A DNA stretch of 64,000 nt from Candidatus Hodarchaeota archaeon (GTDB lineage: Archaea > Asgardarchaeota > Heimdallarchaeia > Hodarchaeales > Hodarchaeaceae): contig JAHQWW010000006.1 of the NCBI GenBank assembly GCA_029856365.1, forward strand, positions 1-64,000, written 5' to 3'. The notes beneath the pieces were generated by a model, which did no database searches, had not been told where the DNA came from, and worked only from the letters and a program-made list of their open reading frames with translations. Positions within the stretch are counted from its first letter, which is position 1; each line of letters begins with the position of its first letter. Shown one piece after another: positions 1-10,450 of the stretch. Made by a program: the position numbers and the translations under genes.

Positions 1-18
1 AAAATCCCTCCCCCGGCG
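1..18 (+). tRNA. 3' end of a tRNA, probably tRNA-Ser (truncated by window edge)
   Basis: aaaat-ccctc-ccccggc-g fits the end of the T-loop, the T-stem 3' strand, the acceptor 3' strand and discriminator G; tRNA-Ser is commonly next to rps10 in archaea. Confidence 0.5.
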
Positions 19-256
19 CTCTACACCTGTTATTTCAACTAATTACTTTCAGTTTTCACATAATTATGATTTCTAAGGTCATTATTCTATTTTTTCTAAA
101 AAATGTAGGGTACATTACCCTGAAAGGTTTGTTAATGCTATCCTTTTTTTGTGTTTAATTATAAGTCTCATATAACGAATTACAGGACTTATTTCATATC
201 CTACTCTCTCAATAGCTGCTTTAATCTCTCGTTTTTATACACGTGATGACTAAATC

Positions 257-283
257 AAGCTCTTGTTGGATCAACAAGAGCTT
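257..283. repeat. Perfect 12-bp inverted repeat followed by T-rich tract (terminator-like or mobile-element end)
   Basis: aagctcttgttg-gat-caacaagagctt. Confidence 0.5.
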
Positions 284-607
284 TTGTTCGTTTTATTTTT
301 GTTTTTGGAGCTATTCAAGTTCTTCTAGATGTACATATTCAAATGTCATTGTCATCCCCTTTCATCATTCTGTTTGAAGAATTCTACCGATATTCTTTCT
401 TTTCCAATAAGGAAGCTCTAGCATCATTCAAAAACCGTTTTATGCTTGTGTATCATGTTTCTGTCAAAATCATCCTTGAGGTTTTCAGATGATTCGCATT
501 TAGATCTAAGAAAGGATGGTGTATTAACAAAAACCAACAATCCTTATAACTCCAAACTATTCTCCCTATTTGAGCAATCTAGTAAAAAGAATTGTATAAA
601 CGAATAG

Positions 608-931
608 GTGAAGCGAATCTTGGTGTCCGTAGCACGAATTCGGTTAATGAGTACCGATGTTGGACAGCTTGACGGAATCTGTAATGAAATGAAAAGAATT
701 GCAGAGAAATCTGGGGTCAAGATGCGAGGTCCTATTCCTTTACCAACAAAAAAACTGAAATTACCAGTAAGAAAGTCACCAAGCGGACAAGGCACTGCAA
801 CTTGGGAAGATTACGAACTAAGAATCCATAAACGTTTGATAGACATTGATGCAGACGACAGAACGATGCGTCAGATTATTAGATTGAATGTTTCTCGTTC
901 GATTTTTGTAGAAATCGAATTAAGGACATAG
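608..931 (+). CDS. rps10: 30S ribosomal protein uS10
   Basis: GPIPLPTKKL, RKSPSGQG, RIHKRLIDI motifs; true start possibly 620/623. Confidence 0.97.
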   Translation: MKRILVSVARIRLMSTDVGQLDGICNEMKRIAEKSGVKMRGPIPLPTKKLKLPVRKSPSGQGTATWEDYELRIHKRLIDIDADDRTMRQIIRLNVSRSIFVEIELRT

Positions 932-944
932 AAACTAATGGAAG

Positions 945-1526
945 ATGAAAATGGCCTCTGCGGAAGAAATGAAAATATTTGGTTTATGGGATTGTAAGGA
1001 GATCGAAGTTAAGGATATTAGTCTTGTTCGTTATATTAACTTAACTGAACGACTTGTTCCACATAGTGCGGGACGTCATGAACATAAACGATTTCATAAA
1101 TCATTTGTTCATATTATTGAACGTTTAGCAAATAAATTAATGAGCCCTGGCAAGAATACAGGAAAAAAAATCTTGGCTCTTAATGTGGTGAAATCTGCCC
1201 TACAAATAATTGAGTTGAAGACTGGTAGTAACCCTATTCAAGTTCTTGTTGATGCTATTGTGAATTGTGCACCAAGAGAAGAAACAACTCGTATTTCATA
1301 CGGTGGAATTGTATATCATACAGCTGTAGATAGCGCTCCTCAACGTAGGGTTGATGTTGCACTACGTTTATTGGCTCAATCAGTCAGGAAAGCATCTTTT
1401 AATAATGTAAGAACGTTTGATGAAATCCTTGCAGAACAACTTATATTAGCATCTACTAATAATCCAAATTCTAATGCAATCAAAAGAAAACAGGATATTG
1501 AGCGAGTTGCATTAAGCGCTCGTTAA
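945..1526 (+). CDS. rps7: 30S ribosomal protein uS7
   Basis: PHSAGRH, APREETTRISYGG, ERVALSAR. Confidence 0.97.
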   Translation: MKMASAEEMKIFGLWDCKEIEVKDISLVRYINLTERLVPHSAGRHEHKRFHKSFVHIIERLANKLMSPGKNTGKKILALNVVKSALQIIELKTGSNPIQVLVDAIVNCAPREETTRISYGGIVYHTAVDSAPQRRVDVALRLLAQSVRKASFNNVRTFDEILAEQLILASTNNPNSNAIKRKQDIERVALSAR

Positions 1527-1739
1527 TACATTTTACATATTGCTACCTTTGTTGTTTATTTACCATTTTTTTCTTATAGATGGTTGAATTATTCAAAGAT
1601 CGTCTCAGTCGGGTTGGTTTTGGATTTTTCACTCATTTTTTCCAGAAATATGGGACTTAAATAACTGTAACTCCTCACGAAGGGTTCATACATACATAAA
1701 AGTGATATAGATGACATTATTCGCATAAACTGAAAATAA

Positions 1740-1925
1740 AATTCAACAGAAGATCTGAGGTGTTCAGGGTTATTTAAATGCCAACAAGGTACTATTATCA
1801 ATGCAGATGTGAATGGTGTGTATAACATTCTGAAAAAAACATTCCTGAACGTTGTTGAAGCTGGCAAGATAGAGAATGTCGGGTTACATCCCACACGATG
1901 GAGACTGGCCGCCTTAACGAGCTAA
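1740..1925 (+). pseudogene. tnpB: Remnant of IS200/IS605-family TnpB (C-terminal RuvC-III segment)
   Basis: My translation with no start codon: ...SGLFKCQQGTIINADVNGVYNILKK...IENVGLHPTRWRLAALTS*; GLF...INADxNG.YNI..K is the TnpB C-terminal signature. Confidence 0.8.
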
Positions 1926-1982
1926 TTGATGACCTCATGTGAATAAAATTTAATACATTTTTATCAATTCTAATAAGCTAGC

Positions 1983-3314
1983 CTAACTTACTCGTATTAT
2001 ATCGTTAACAATGCCTACTGCAATAGTTTGCCCAGAATGACGTAAAATTATCCTACCCAATTCAGGGAAATCAGTATATTTCTCAATGACTATCGTGGAA
2101 TCTAGGGTCAGTTCCACATCAATTAATTCGCCTTTAAAAGCTATAGTTATATGCCCTTCAAAATCTCGAGGTAAATTTTTATATTTTGGATTCATTTTCA
2201 AAATTTTCGTTATCTTTGAAACTTGGGTGGTTGTATAAGAAGTTCCACAATGAAAAATCACAGAAGAACCTGGTACGAAAGATCCCTCGAGAATTAATAA
2301 TCGTGCGCTAATAAGAGACGCAAAACGATAATCTAATTGTTCAGGGGCCAAAACAATCCCTTCTTCTAATGTATTTTTGTCCATATTTCTTAAAAGAGCT
2401 GAACCGTGGTTTCCAGGACCAATATATGTTGTTTTAATGTCTTGTATCCAAGTTTCCTTCACCTCTGATATATTGCCTAAAGGTAGAGCTTTCACCAAAT
2501 CCCCTACTCTCAATGGTGAACCTAAAACTTTGCCCAATAAAAAAGTTCCAAAACCATGACGTTCATCCAAGTCATAGGTGACGAATCTCATTGCTAACTT
2601 CTCTTTAGATACTGAGCCCTTGAATGAATCCAAGGCTTCAATTAAGGTAGGACCAGAGTACCAGTTCAAATTGGTAGATTTCTGAACTAAATTGTCTCCA
2701 AAGAATCCACTGATGGGAACAAATGGGATCTCGTCTAATTTTTTAGCCCAAGGTGAATGAATCTCTTTAAACAATGCTTTTATTTGCTTTTTAGCTTGCT
2801 GATAGGGATCTTCTCGAAAATTAACTAAATCCATTTTGTTAATTGCTACAATAATCTGTTGAATTCCTAAAACCGATGCCAAAACCGTATGTTCTCTTGT
2901 TTGGCCTCCAGGATTCTGATAACTACCTCTTTTTAATCCAGATTTAAGATCATTGGGAACAGCACTAACAACTAATATACATGCATCTGCTAATGCTGCA
3001 CCTCTAATCATATTTTTCACAAAATCACGATGTCCGGGGGCATCAATAAGCATGAAATTTCTCTTCTTTGTTTCAAATGGATGGAATGCGACATCTGCTG
3101 TGACACCTCGTTCTTTTTCTTCTGGTAATGAATCAAGAATATAAGCCCATTGCCATGATTCCATTTGATGTTGTATGGCTTCTTCCCTTAACTTCTCCAT
3201 TATTCGAGTATCAATAGCCCCTATTTGAAATAATAAATGTCCTAATGTAGTTGATTTTCCATGATCAACGTGTCCGATCCACACAAGAGAAATAGTAGGT
3301 TTAACTTCTATCAT
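1983..3314 (-). CDS. EF-1alpha-family translational GTPase paralogue (HBS1/eRF3-like features)
   Basis: GHVDHGKST, ERGVT, DAPGHRDF, NKMD, PISG, domain III LGRIILRHSGQTIAVG. Confidence 0.9.
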   Translation of the reverse strand: MIEVKPTISLVWIGHVDHGKSTTLGHLLFQIGAIDTRIMEKLREEAIQHQMESWQWAYILDSLPEEKERGVTADVAFHPFETKKRNFMLIDAPGHRDFVKNMIRGAALADACILVVSAVPNDLKSGLKRGSYQNPGGQTREHTVLASVLGIQQIIVAINKMDLVNFREDPYQQAKKQIKALFKEIHSPWAKKLDEIPFVPISGFFGDNLVQKSTNLNWYSGPTLIEALDSFKGSVSKEKLAMRFVTYDLDERHGFGTFLLGKVLGSPLRVGDLVKALPLGNISEVKETWIQDIKTTYIGPGNHGSALLRNMDKNTLEEGIVLAPEQLDYRFASLISARLLILEGSFVPGSSVIFHCGTSYTTTQVSKITKILKMNPKYKNLPRDFEGHITIAFKGELIDVELTLDSTIVIEKYTDFPELGRIILRHSGQTIAVGIVNDIIRVS

Positions 3315-3393
3315 GAAAATAAACCGCCAATCTCAGGCCGTTTTTATGTAAAAAAGAAAAAAAGTTTTTGAAAAAAGAAAAAAAAAGTATTTG

Positions 3394-4920
3394 TTAGCCA
3401 TATTTGCCTAACTCTATTTTCTGAACCACTCCCACTGCGACGGTTTTCCCAGAATCCCGTAGTGCGAATCGTCCAAGTGAAGGAGATTTGGATAATGGTT
3501 CAACAACAAGGGGATTCAAAGGAGTCATCCAAACCATTCCCCTTTCACCTTGGCCTAGCTGATCTTTATCTTGAACTTGTGTTACACGACAGGCGACCTG
3601 AGCTGTACCACAATGAACAACAGGAGAATAATTCTCATGGATTCCCCAGGATTCACCTTTTTTCTTTGCTTTTTTACCTAATCCACGCACAACAAGAACA
3701 TATGACAAAAATCCATCAATATTTGGTCTTAACGCTTTTGCAGGATCTTTAGGATCACTAACAACTGCGCCTCGAATAATGTCCCGTGCGCCAATATTCT
3801 TGGTTTTAATGTTAAATCCGATATTATCACCTGGTAGAGCTTGAGGAATGTCCTTATGAAATTCTTGGATGGTTTTTACGGAGATTGGGAGGGGTTCAAT
3901 ACTTTGTTTTGTGGGAGAAATAACAACTTCCGAATTTGGTTTTAAAATACCGCTAGAAACCCGTCCAGTAAGAACAGTACCTACACCACCTATATTCAGA
4001 GTTTGTTGAATCGGAATTCTAATCGGTTGTTTTGCAAACATTTCTTTACGAACAGCGGGTGATTCTAGTATATCAAGAGCATCGAGTAAGGATGGTCCAT
4101 CATACCAAGATAACGCCTCAAATCCAGCTTTAATATCTGCTATCTCTTTTTCTAATGATTCGATGAATTCAGGATCACCATTCCCAGCCTTTGCTGCTGA
4201 AATATGCCCTTCAAGGTTTTTAACTGTTACATCTTTTGAAAGAACGTTCACTCCTACTAAACCACTTGTTGGAACATAATTAATAGCTTCTAGATATTTT
4301 TCTTTGCTTTCTATTTGAAGGGCCGTCATAAGCTGAGTAAAAATCTTATGAATCGAATCTTTAATTTGTTCATACCGTTTATGATCATAATCAACGACAT
4401 CCATCTTATTGATTGCAACTACAATATTTGTAATACCCAAAGAAGTTAGAAGAAGCATATGTTCCGTTGTCATCCCAATTACATTTGCATATTTTCCTGA
4501 AGCTGTTCCTGCTACCTTAGTTCCATCCTCGAATTCCCCTTTTCTTGCAGAGACTACTAAGATTGCAGCATCTGCTTGTGAGGCTCCTGTTATCATGTTT
4601 TTAATAAAATCACTATGCCCAGGGGCATCTATAAGATTGAAAATATAATTTTTGGTCTTAAATTCCATGAAAGATACGTTTATTGTAAGACCTCGTTCTC
4701 TTTCATCCATTAGAGGATCTAAAATCCAGGCATACGACCAACTTCCCATACCTTGAGCTTTACTATCTTTGAAATACCTCTCAGCAATACGCCAAGGTTG
4801 TCGTTTCTTTTTAGGATCATGAATCTGACCGAGTAGGAATAACATGTGGCCCAAACCAGTCGATTTCCCATGATCGACATGACCTGTGACCACTAAATTC
4901 ATTCTTTCGAGATCTGCCAT
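3394..4920 (-). CDS. tuf: Divergent elongation factor 1-alpha with several insertions
   Basis: GHVDHGKST, ERERGLTI, DAPGHSDFIKNMITGASQAD, NKMD, GVGTVLTGRV, ALPGDNIGFN, LGRFALRD; near rps10/rps7. Confidence 0.85.
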   Translation of the reverse strand: MADLERMNLVVTGHVDHGKSTGLGHMLFLLGQIHDPKKKRQPWRIAERYFKDSKAQGMGSWSYAWILDPLMDERERGLTINVSFMEFKTKNYIFNLIDAPGHSDFIKNMITGASQADAAILVVSARKGEFEDGTKVAGTASGKYANVIGMTTEHMLLLTSLGITNIVVAINKMDVVDYDHKRYEQIKDSIHKIFTQLMTALQIESKEKYLEAINYVPTSGLVGVNVLSKDVTVKNLEGHISAAKAGNGDPEFIESLEKEIADIKAGFEALSWYDGPSLLDALDILESPAVRKEMFAKQPIRIPIQQTLNIGGVGTVLTGRVSSGILKPNSEVVISPTKQSIEPLPISVKTIQEFHKDIPQALPGDNIGFNIKTKNIGARDIIRGAVVSDPKDPAKALRPNIDGFLSYVLVVRGLGKKAKKKGESWGIHENYSPVVHCGTAQVACRVTQVQDKDQLGQGERGMVWMTPLNPLVVEPLSKSPSLGRFALRDSGKTVAVGVVQKIELGKYG

Positions 4921-5171
4921 AATTATTCACCAGAAAATTACTCGATTTATTAATTTAGGATTAAATGTTGATAAGTTAGTCAAATTTTTTGTTTTAATCC
5001 CAAGAGTCAGCGACATAGACTACAGTTTATCATATTTTCGAGGTATTTTTTAAAATTGGTATTGTTGTAAAGGTACCATTTAAATTTCGTAAGTGGATTA
5101 ATAGGAGATGTAGACAAATGTTTTAGTTTCAAAGGTTTTGATTAAAGCTTAATTCAATTTCTTATTATTGG

Positions 5172-6275
5172 TCACACTAATAATTGATTATTACGAATCT
5201 CCACTTCCATCAGAGGTTTTGCCAATAATAAGAAGTGTTCACGTAATGTGAATTCAGCAATATTCAAGATTCTAGCAATGTGTTTTTGTGTTAAAATTCC
5301 CCGTCTAGATTTGCGTTTATAACAGTGTGGAAACAAATTTTGTCGTGCTAATAATATATCTGAAGCAATAATAATTGCTGCTGCAAGAATGAATGGATTA
5401 CGTCCCCCACGATCAGATTGAGGAAAATTTATGAGTAATTTTTTTGCACCAAGCTTTAAGTAATGTAAATATTCATTTTTATCAATAATGGTTTTTTTCT
5501 TTAAATGTTGTATAATATCATTATCTTTTTGGAGACGACTAATAATATTATCTAAATACTCCTCTGATTTAACATGACTCACCCGAATTCTAGCATGTTG
5601 CCTGATTAATGAAGCGGCCTTTATTATATCTTTACCTAGGATCAAATACCCACGATTTTGAGCAGCTGCAACTAGTCGCGCTAGCTCGATATTTTCTCTT
5701 CTAGATCGGATCGATAAGTAAAGAGAACCCATAATTAAGCTAGATAATTTCAATTTTTCGCGTAAATGAGAATGTACACTTCGAAATAAGAATAGCGCAT
5801 CTGCTTTAGCTACATCAGTAATTTGTAAAGCATTACAAATTGTGGTAAGAAGATGATATCCACGATACTCCCGTTGGCGGCCATTAAAGTGAAGATAAAT
5901 GTCATTGAGGGATTTTAATCGCATAAATTGTTGTTTAGAAGGGATTTTGATTTGAGTTCCTCTTATATCTGTTAAAAAATTTTTTCTATAAGAACCAATG
6001 TATGATCCTAATGATTTCATGGCACTAGGCCTTTCGCTTATTGAAGCATACTGATTTCCAAAACTCTTTTCAGATTTTATCAACTGAATCGTTGGTTTTT
6101 CGTAAATTTTGTTTGCAACTAACCCACAATTCACACAAACAACATCAGATTCGGTTTGAATAAGATTTCCACCACATTCTAAGCATCCATGTCTCAACAA
6201 TTCCACCAAAAAAACAATTAGTAATCTTATATCTAAGTAAAACACAGAAAGAGAGACTTGAATAAAAATGAACAT
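5172..6275 (-). CDS. Divergent TFB/TFIIB-family protein
   Basis: Zn ribbon CLECGG...VVCVNCGLV, cyclin-repeat motifs (GRNP..LAAA, TQKHIARILNIAEFTLR); true start likely ~6206 GTG. Confidence 0.75.
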   Translation of the reverse strand: MFIFIQVSLSVFYLDIRLLIVFLVELLRHGCLECGGNLIQTESDVVCVNCGLVANKIYEKPTIQLIKSEKSFGNQYASISERPSAMKSLGSYIGSYRKNFLTDIRGTQIKIPSKQQFMRLKSLNDIYLHFNGRQREYRGYHLLTTICNALQITDVAKADALFLFRSVHSHLREKLKLSSLIMGSLYLSIRSRRENIELARLVAAAQNRGYLILGKDIIKAASLIRQHARIRVSHVKSEEYLDNIISRLQKDNDIIQHLKKKTIIDKNEYLHYLKLGAKKLLINFPQSDRGGRNPFILAAAIIIASDILLARQNLFPHCYKRKSRRGILTQKHIARILNIAEFTLREHFLLLAKPLMEVEIRNNQLLV

Positions 6276-6694
6276 TAAGTCTATAAGAAAAGAATAAGTG
6301 TTGAATGAAATTTTGAAACTATTAAATTTCGGTTTCTATGCATCAAAAGTGAAATATCCTAGTTCAGATGAAAAATGATGTTAGTAGTGAACTAATTCAA
6401 CCTCACCAAAGAGAAAATAAGATTTTAAAAAAATATTGAGTTTCGTGATGTAGAAAATCATTTTAAGGCTTTAAATGTACTACAAAGGTATAATACCTAC
6501 CATAATTACAATTTTCTCGTTTTTTCTATTGTTCTATGTCGTCCAGACTTGACCGATATGTCACTATTCATTGCTAGCTTGAAAGAAGAGGATTTCTAAA
6601 ATAAAAAATCAAATTGTGAAAACACCAATTCTTTAAAAGTATAAGATCAAGAGGAAACTAATTTCCCCCTTTGTTCATCTGAGGAATTTAAATA

Positions 6695-7306
6695 ATGAAA
6701 AGAGTAGATCAACAGCGAAAACGAAAAAAAAAGAAAGTAAAATCACATTTTGTTTACAAAGGAGAGAGTGTTGTAATAGATTTTTATGCGTACGGAAAAT
6801 CATTAAGCCACAGGCGTTCTGAAGATTATAATCCACTAGCAGTTGTCGTCACGGTTGAATGGTTCCAATTTTTTGATGTTATTTTAATTAATAGGTCGAA
6901 AATTTCTATAGGCGACCATTTATTGCTGTCATCTACTAATAAAAGCATTCTAAGATTAAACAAACTACATTATAATCAACTTTCTAGTTCTGCTTTGGAA
7001 ATTCTGCCTGTTATAGTCAAAGAAATAGTCACTACCTTCGAATCTCGTTATGTAGCATTCTTCAATCGAGCACAGCCACTAACAACCCAAATGCATCAAA
7101 TTCAATTATTACCTGGGATAGGGCAAAAAAGGCTGTGGTCGATTTTAAAAGCCAGAAAAAACGATTTATTCTCATCCTTCAGCGACTTCACTAAAAGGAC
7201 CGGTATTTCAGATCCAATATCAATATTCACAAATCGAATTTTATTAGAGCTTGAGGGGGTGTCAAAATATTATTTATTTACCAAAAAATCGCTACAGCAT
7301 GATTAA
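6695..7306 (+). CDS. DUF655-family HhH RNA-binding protein
   Basis: FFNRAQPLTTQMHQIQLLPGIGQK; usual neighbour of ksgA. Confidence 0.85.
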   Translation: MKRVDQQRKRKKKKVKSHFVYKGESVVIDFYAYGKSLSHRRSEDYNPLAVVVTVEWFQFFDVILINRSKISIGDHLLLSSTNKSILRLNKLHYNQLSSSALEILPVIVKEIVTTFESRYVAFFNRAQPLTTQMHQIQLLPGIGQKRLWSILKARKNDLFSSFSDFTKRTGISDPISIFTNRILLELEGVSKYYLFTKKSLQHD

Positions 7307-7308
7307 GA

Positions 7309-8196
7309 TTGAGCTTCTTCTACTTACTTGAGAAAGGGAATATAAAAAAGTATACAAAGACTCTAATTCAGAATTATGCCATTTCTCCCAAGAAATCGTG
7401 GGGACAAAATTTCGTCATTGAAAAAACAGTTATAGATGCCCTCATTTCGGAGGTAGCTTTGGATCAGAAAGATATTGTCGTCGAAGTGGGAAGCGGAATT
7501 GGGGCCTTGACTTATTTTCTTCTTCAGAATTGTCAGAAGGTTTATTCATATGAAATTGATCCTATTCTCTCTTCCATTCTTAGAAAAGAATTTATTAATT
7601 ATAGTGAAAAAATAAAAGTTATATCAGGGGATTTCCTCAAACTTGAGATCCCTTTTCATCAAAAATTAATTTCAAATCTCCCATATGGTATTTCATCACC
7701 TTTTATCAAGAAATTAATCGAAAGTAAATATCGTCCAGATTTAATCGCTGTTACTTTACAGAATGAATTCGCAAATCATTTATGTGCACAGCCAAGAGAT
7801 CCTGATTACAGTCGAATCTCAGTATATTCTTCATTTTTTTATAAATTTGAAAAAATTAGGATGTTTCCACCTTACTTCTTTTCTCCTCGGCCTCACGTTC
7901 ATTCAAGCCTTGTTCGTGGAACTAAATTGGAACCACCCCCAATTATTAATAATAGGGAGTTTTTTAGTTTTCTTACTCAATTATTTTGTCGTAAACATAA
8001 AAAGGTTCGAAATAACCTACAGATTTATGTGAAAAATTATCCTCGGGGTCTTAGAAAATTGTTTAGACATGAAATTGACACGCTTGAATTTAGTACAAAC
8101 CAACCAGTTAATCTTTCACCAAATGAGATACTAGACCTCTTTATTCAATTTAATGAGATGTTGAGTAATTTTCCACGTTTGAGGAATAATTCTTAA
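7309..8196 (+). CDS. rsmA: 16S rRNA adenine dimethyltransferase KsgA/Dim1
   Basis: KKSWGQNF, EVGSGIGALT, YEID, SNLPY, FSPRPHVHS. Confidence 0.93.
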   Translation: MSFFYLLEKGNIKKYTKTLIQNYAISPKKSWGQNFVIEKTVIDALISEVALDQKDIVVEVGSGIGALTYFLLQNCQKVYSYEIDPILSSILRKEFINYSEKIKVISGDFLKLEIPFHQKLISNLPYGISSPFIKKLIESKYRPDLIAVTLQNEFANHLCAQPRDPDYSRISVYSSFFYKFEKIRMFPPYFFSPRPHVHSSLVRGTKLEPPPIINNREFFSFLTQLFCRKHKKVRNNLQIYVKNYPRGLRKLFRHEIDTLEFSTNQPVNLSPNEILDLFIQFNEMLSNFPRLRNNS

Positions 8197-8200
8197 AATT

Positions 8201-8479
8201 TTATGGAATAAAAGGATAAATCAAAGGTAATCCTGCCAGGAAAAAAGGAACTGTTACTAATATGAAAATAATAGCTGTAAGTAAAAGATTAAATTCGAAA
8301 TCTTTCTTATTACGGATTAGTCTATCTCCAAGTTGAATGAGAATCATTGTTAAAGATATTGCTCGAACTACCCATGCAACAAGAATGAGAATCGTCCAAA
8401 ATATTTGATCTCCAGATTCGATCAAGAGTTGCCATCCCCGAATATATTCATTCCATTGGCTTAGAATTATCAGTTCCAC
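8201..8479 (-). CDS. Small two-TM membrane protein
   Basis: Two hydrophobic helices separated by a basic loop. Confidence 0.5.
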   Translation of the reverse strand: MELIILSQWNEYIRGWQLLIESGDQIFWTILILVAWVVRAISLTMILIQLGDRLIRNKKDFEFNLLLTAIIFILVTVPFFLAGLPLIYPFIP

Positions 8480-9254
8480 AGGTAAACACCAAATAAAGAA
8501 TTCATAAAATGAATCCCCTAGTCTTTTTAATCTCCCAATTTCTCTAAATCAGAGCATTAATACGTTTATAGGAACGGAACGTACGAAGCACGGTTAAACA
8601 TTGAATTCATGTCTTTATTTGTTTTCAACACCTTCTAGTTATATTAATCCCCCGCTGAATTTACTCGAGTCCATTAATCTACTCGTTCTGTGTATAATAT
8701 CACCTCTCACCTCGTATAGTGAGGTGAATACAGCATTGCATCCCTAGTTTTTGACTAAGAGCTTTTAACTATGTTTTACCTTTATTAACACCATTTATCG
8801 CTGCTTTAGTTTTCAAGAAAACTATTGGCCACTCCTCTTGGGAATTACTCCCCCTAATGAGTTCTTGGGTTTCATTGCTAGCCACATTTTGAATTGAGAA
8901 TATTGTTAATGAACCTCCTTTAATTTCAAATTTTATATTATTTTGTTGAAATGTTCCAAACAAGGAATCAAATTCACTTGAAATTATTAAATCCGTGAAT
9001 ATTTCTTGTCTTCTGGTCATAATTGACGCTAAATGGACTATCAATGCTCATAAAAGGTTTGATTCAATATTTCTTCTGAAAGGAAACCAGATTTAGAAAA
9101 AAAATTTAAAGCCAACTCAATTGTGGCCATATCGTATAAAACACATCACTACGAGTAGCCAATAGGCAGAAGAAGATGAAATTTCTTTCTTTTTCTATGG
9201 TTCTCATGTTAGGTTTTAGATTATAACGAGTCAATAAAAGGCGGTAGTATATAT

Positions 9255-10055
9255 TTGGAACTGGAGATTGTTGAACAACGAGAAAATTATGTTAAGTTTA
9301 TCCTCTCTGGTGTAACCCCAACATTCGCTAATACTCTGCGAAGGATGATCCTCAGTGAAGTTCCTACAATGGCCATCGATGAAGTAATCATTATAGAAAA
9401 CACTACGCCTCTTTATGATGAAATAGTAGCTCATCGTTTAGGATTAATCCCTTTGAAAACTGATCTAGAAAACTATGTTAGACCTGAACTTTGCTCCTGT
9501 GGAGGACAAGGTTGTACCTCCTGTGAAGTATCTTTGACTTTAGAACAGAATGGCGAACAAGACATAGAAATAGTGTTTTCAAAGGATCTATTATCCCAAG
9601 ATCCTAAAATAGTTCCTGTTTACCCTGATATACCAATTCTTAAAATGGCTAAAGATCAAAAAATATTTCTGGAAGCTATCGCTAGACTTGGGCGGGGCTT
9701 GGATCATGCAAAATGGCAGCCTGTTTCAACAGTTTCCTATAAGTATTTTCCATGTATTGAATTTAATTTGAATAACTGCACTTTTTGTGGAGACTGTGTT
9801 GGAGTCTGCCCCCGTGATATCATCAAAATCGAAAATGACAAAATATTAGCTGTTAATGTGATAAATTGTAGTTTATGTAATCAATGTGTCGATGTTTGTG
9901 AACTCGATGCTGTTGCTGTATCAACGACTGGTAGTGATTTTGTTTTTATCATTGAAAGTACTGGTGCGCTTACCATTAAAAATATATTGATTGAAGCTTT
10001 AAAACTTTTGAAAGAAAAAGCAAAAGAATTTAACGTTCTTGTTGATGAATTTTAA
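9255..10055 (+). CDS. rpoD: RNA polymerase subunit Rpo3 (D) with ferredoxin-like domain
   Basis: ANTLRR, DEIVAHRLGLIPL, HAKWQP; two CxxCxxCxxxC motifs. Confidence 0.96.
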   Translation: MELEIVEQRENYVKFILSGVTPTFANTLRRMILSEVPTMAIDEVIIIENTTPLYDEIVAHRLGLIPLKTDLENYVRPELCSCGGQGCTSCEVSLTLEQNGEQDIEIVFSKDLLSQDPKIVPVYPDIPILKMAKDQKIFLEAIARLGRGLDHAKWQPVSTVSYKYFPCIEFNLNNCTFCGDCVGVCPRDIIKIENDKILAVNVINCSLCNQCVDVCELDAVAVSTTGSDFVFIIESTGALTIKNILIEALKLLKEKAKEFNVLVDEF

Positions 10056-10068
10056 AAGAGGGATCCAA

Positions 10069-10431
10069 TTGAAAATCAAAGGAAGAACAGATCCAAATAA
10101 AATTGCACTGATTAGTTTTTTAAGAGGAGCTGCGAGTAAAAACAACACAAAAATCTGGTCATTATTGGCGTCTGAAATGTCCAAGTCGAATAGAATGCGT
10201 GTTATAGTGAACATCTCGCGATTAAATCGAGTATCTTCTCCAGGAGACACCTTACTGATCCCAGGGAAGGTTCTCGGTACAGGATCGCTAAATCATCGAC
10301 TTAATGTTGCTGCGGAATCATTTTCAAAAACAGCTCAAAAGAAAATTAGAAATGCAGGTGGACAATGTTTGACTCTTGAAGAACTAGTGAAAAAGAATCC
10401 TATGGGATCTCAAGTTCGAATGATTAAATAA
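10069..10431 (+). CDS. rpl18e: 50S ribosomal protein eL18
   Basis: VNISRLNR, PGKVLGTG, FSKTAQKKI; TTG start at 10069 preferred. Confidence 0.95.
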   Translation: MKIKGRTDPNKIALISFLRGAASKNNTKIWSLLASEMSKSNRMRVIVNISRLNRVSSPGDTLLIPGKVLGTGSLNHRLNVAAESFSKTAQKKIRNAGGQCLTLEELVKKNPMGSQVRMIK

Positions 10432-10450
10432 TGGAGAAGAGAGGAAAATA

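Noticed and set aside
1589-1894. 101-aa minus-strand ORF
   Set aside because: Antisense shadow of the TnpB remnant on the + strand
4100-4250. EF-1alpha insert as the opisthokont-specific insertion
   Set aside because: It lies before the WYxG motif, not after it, and is much longer
8769-9044. 91-aa minus-strand ORF
   Set aside because: No recognisable motif and no continuous frame linking it to the 8201-8479 gene; cannot be supported
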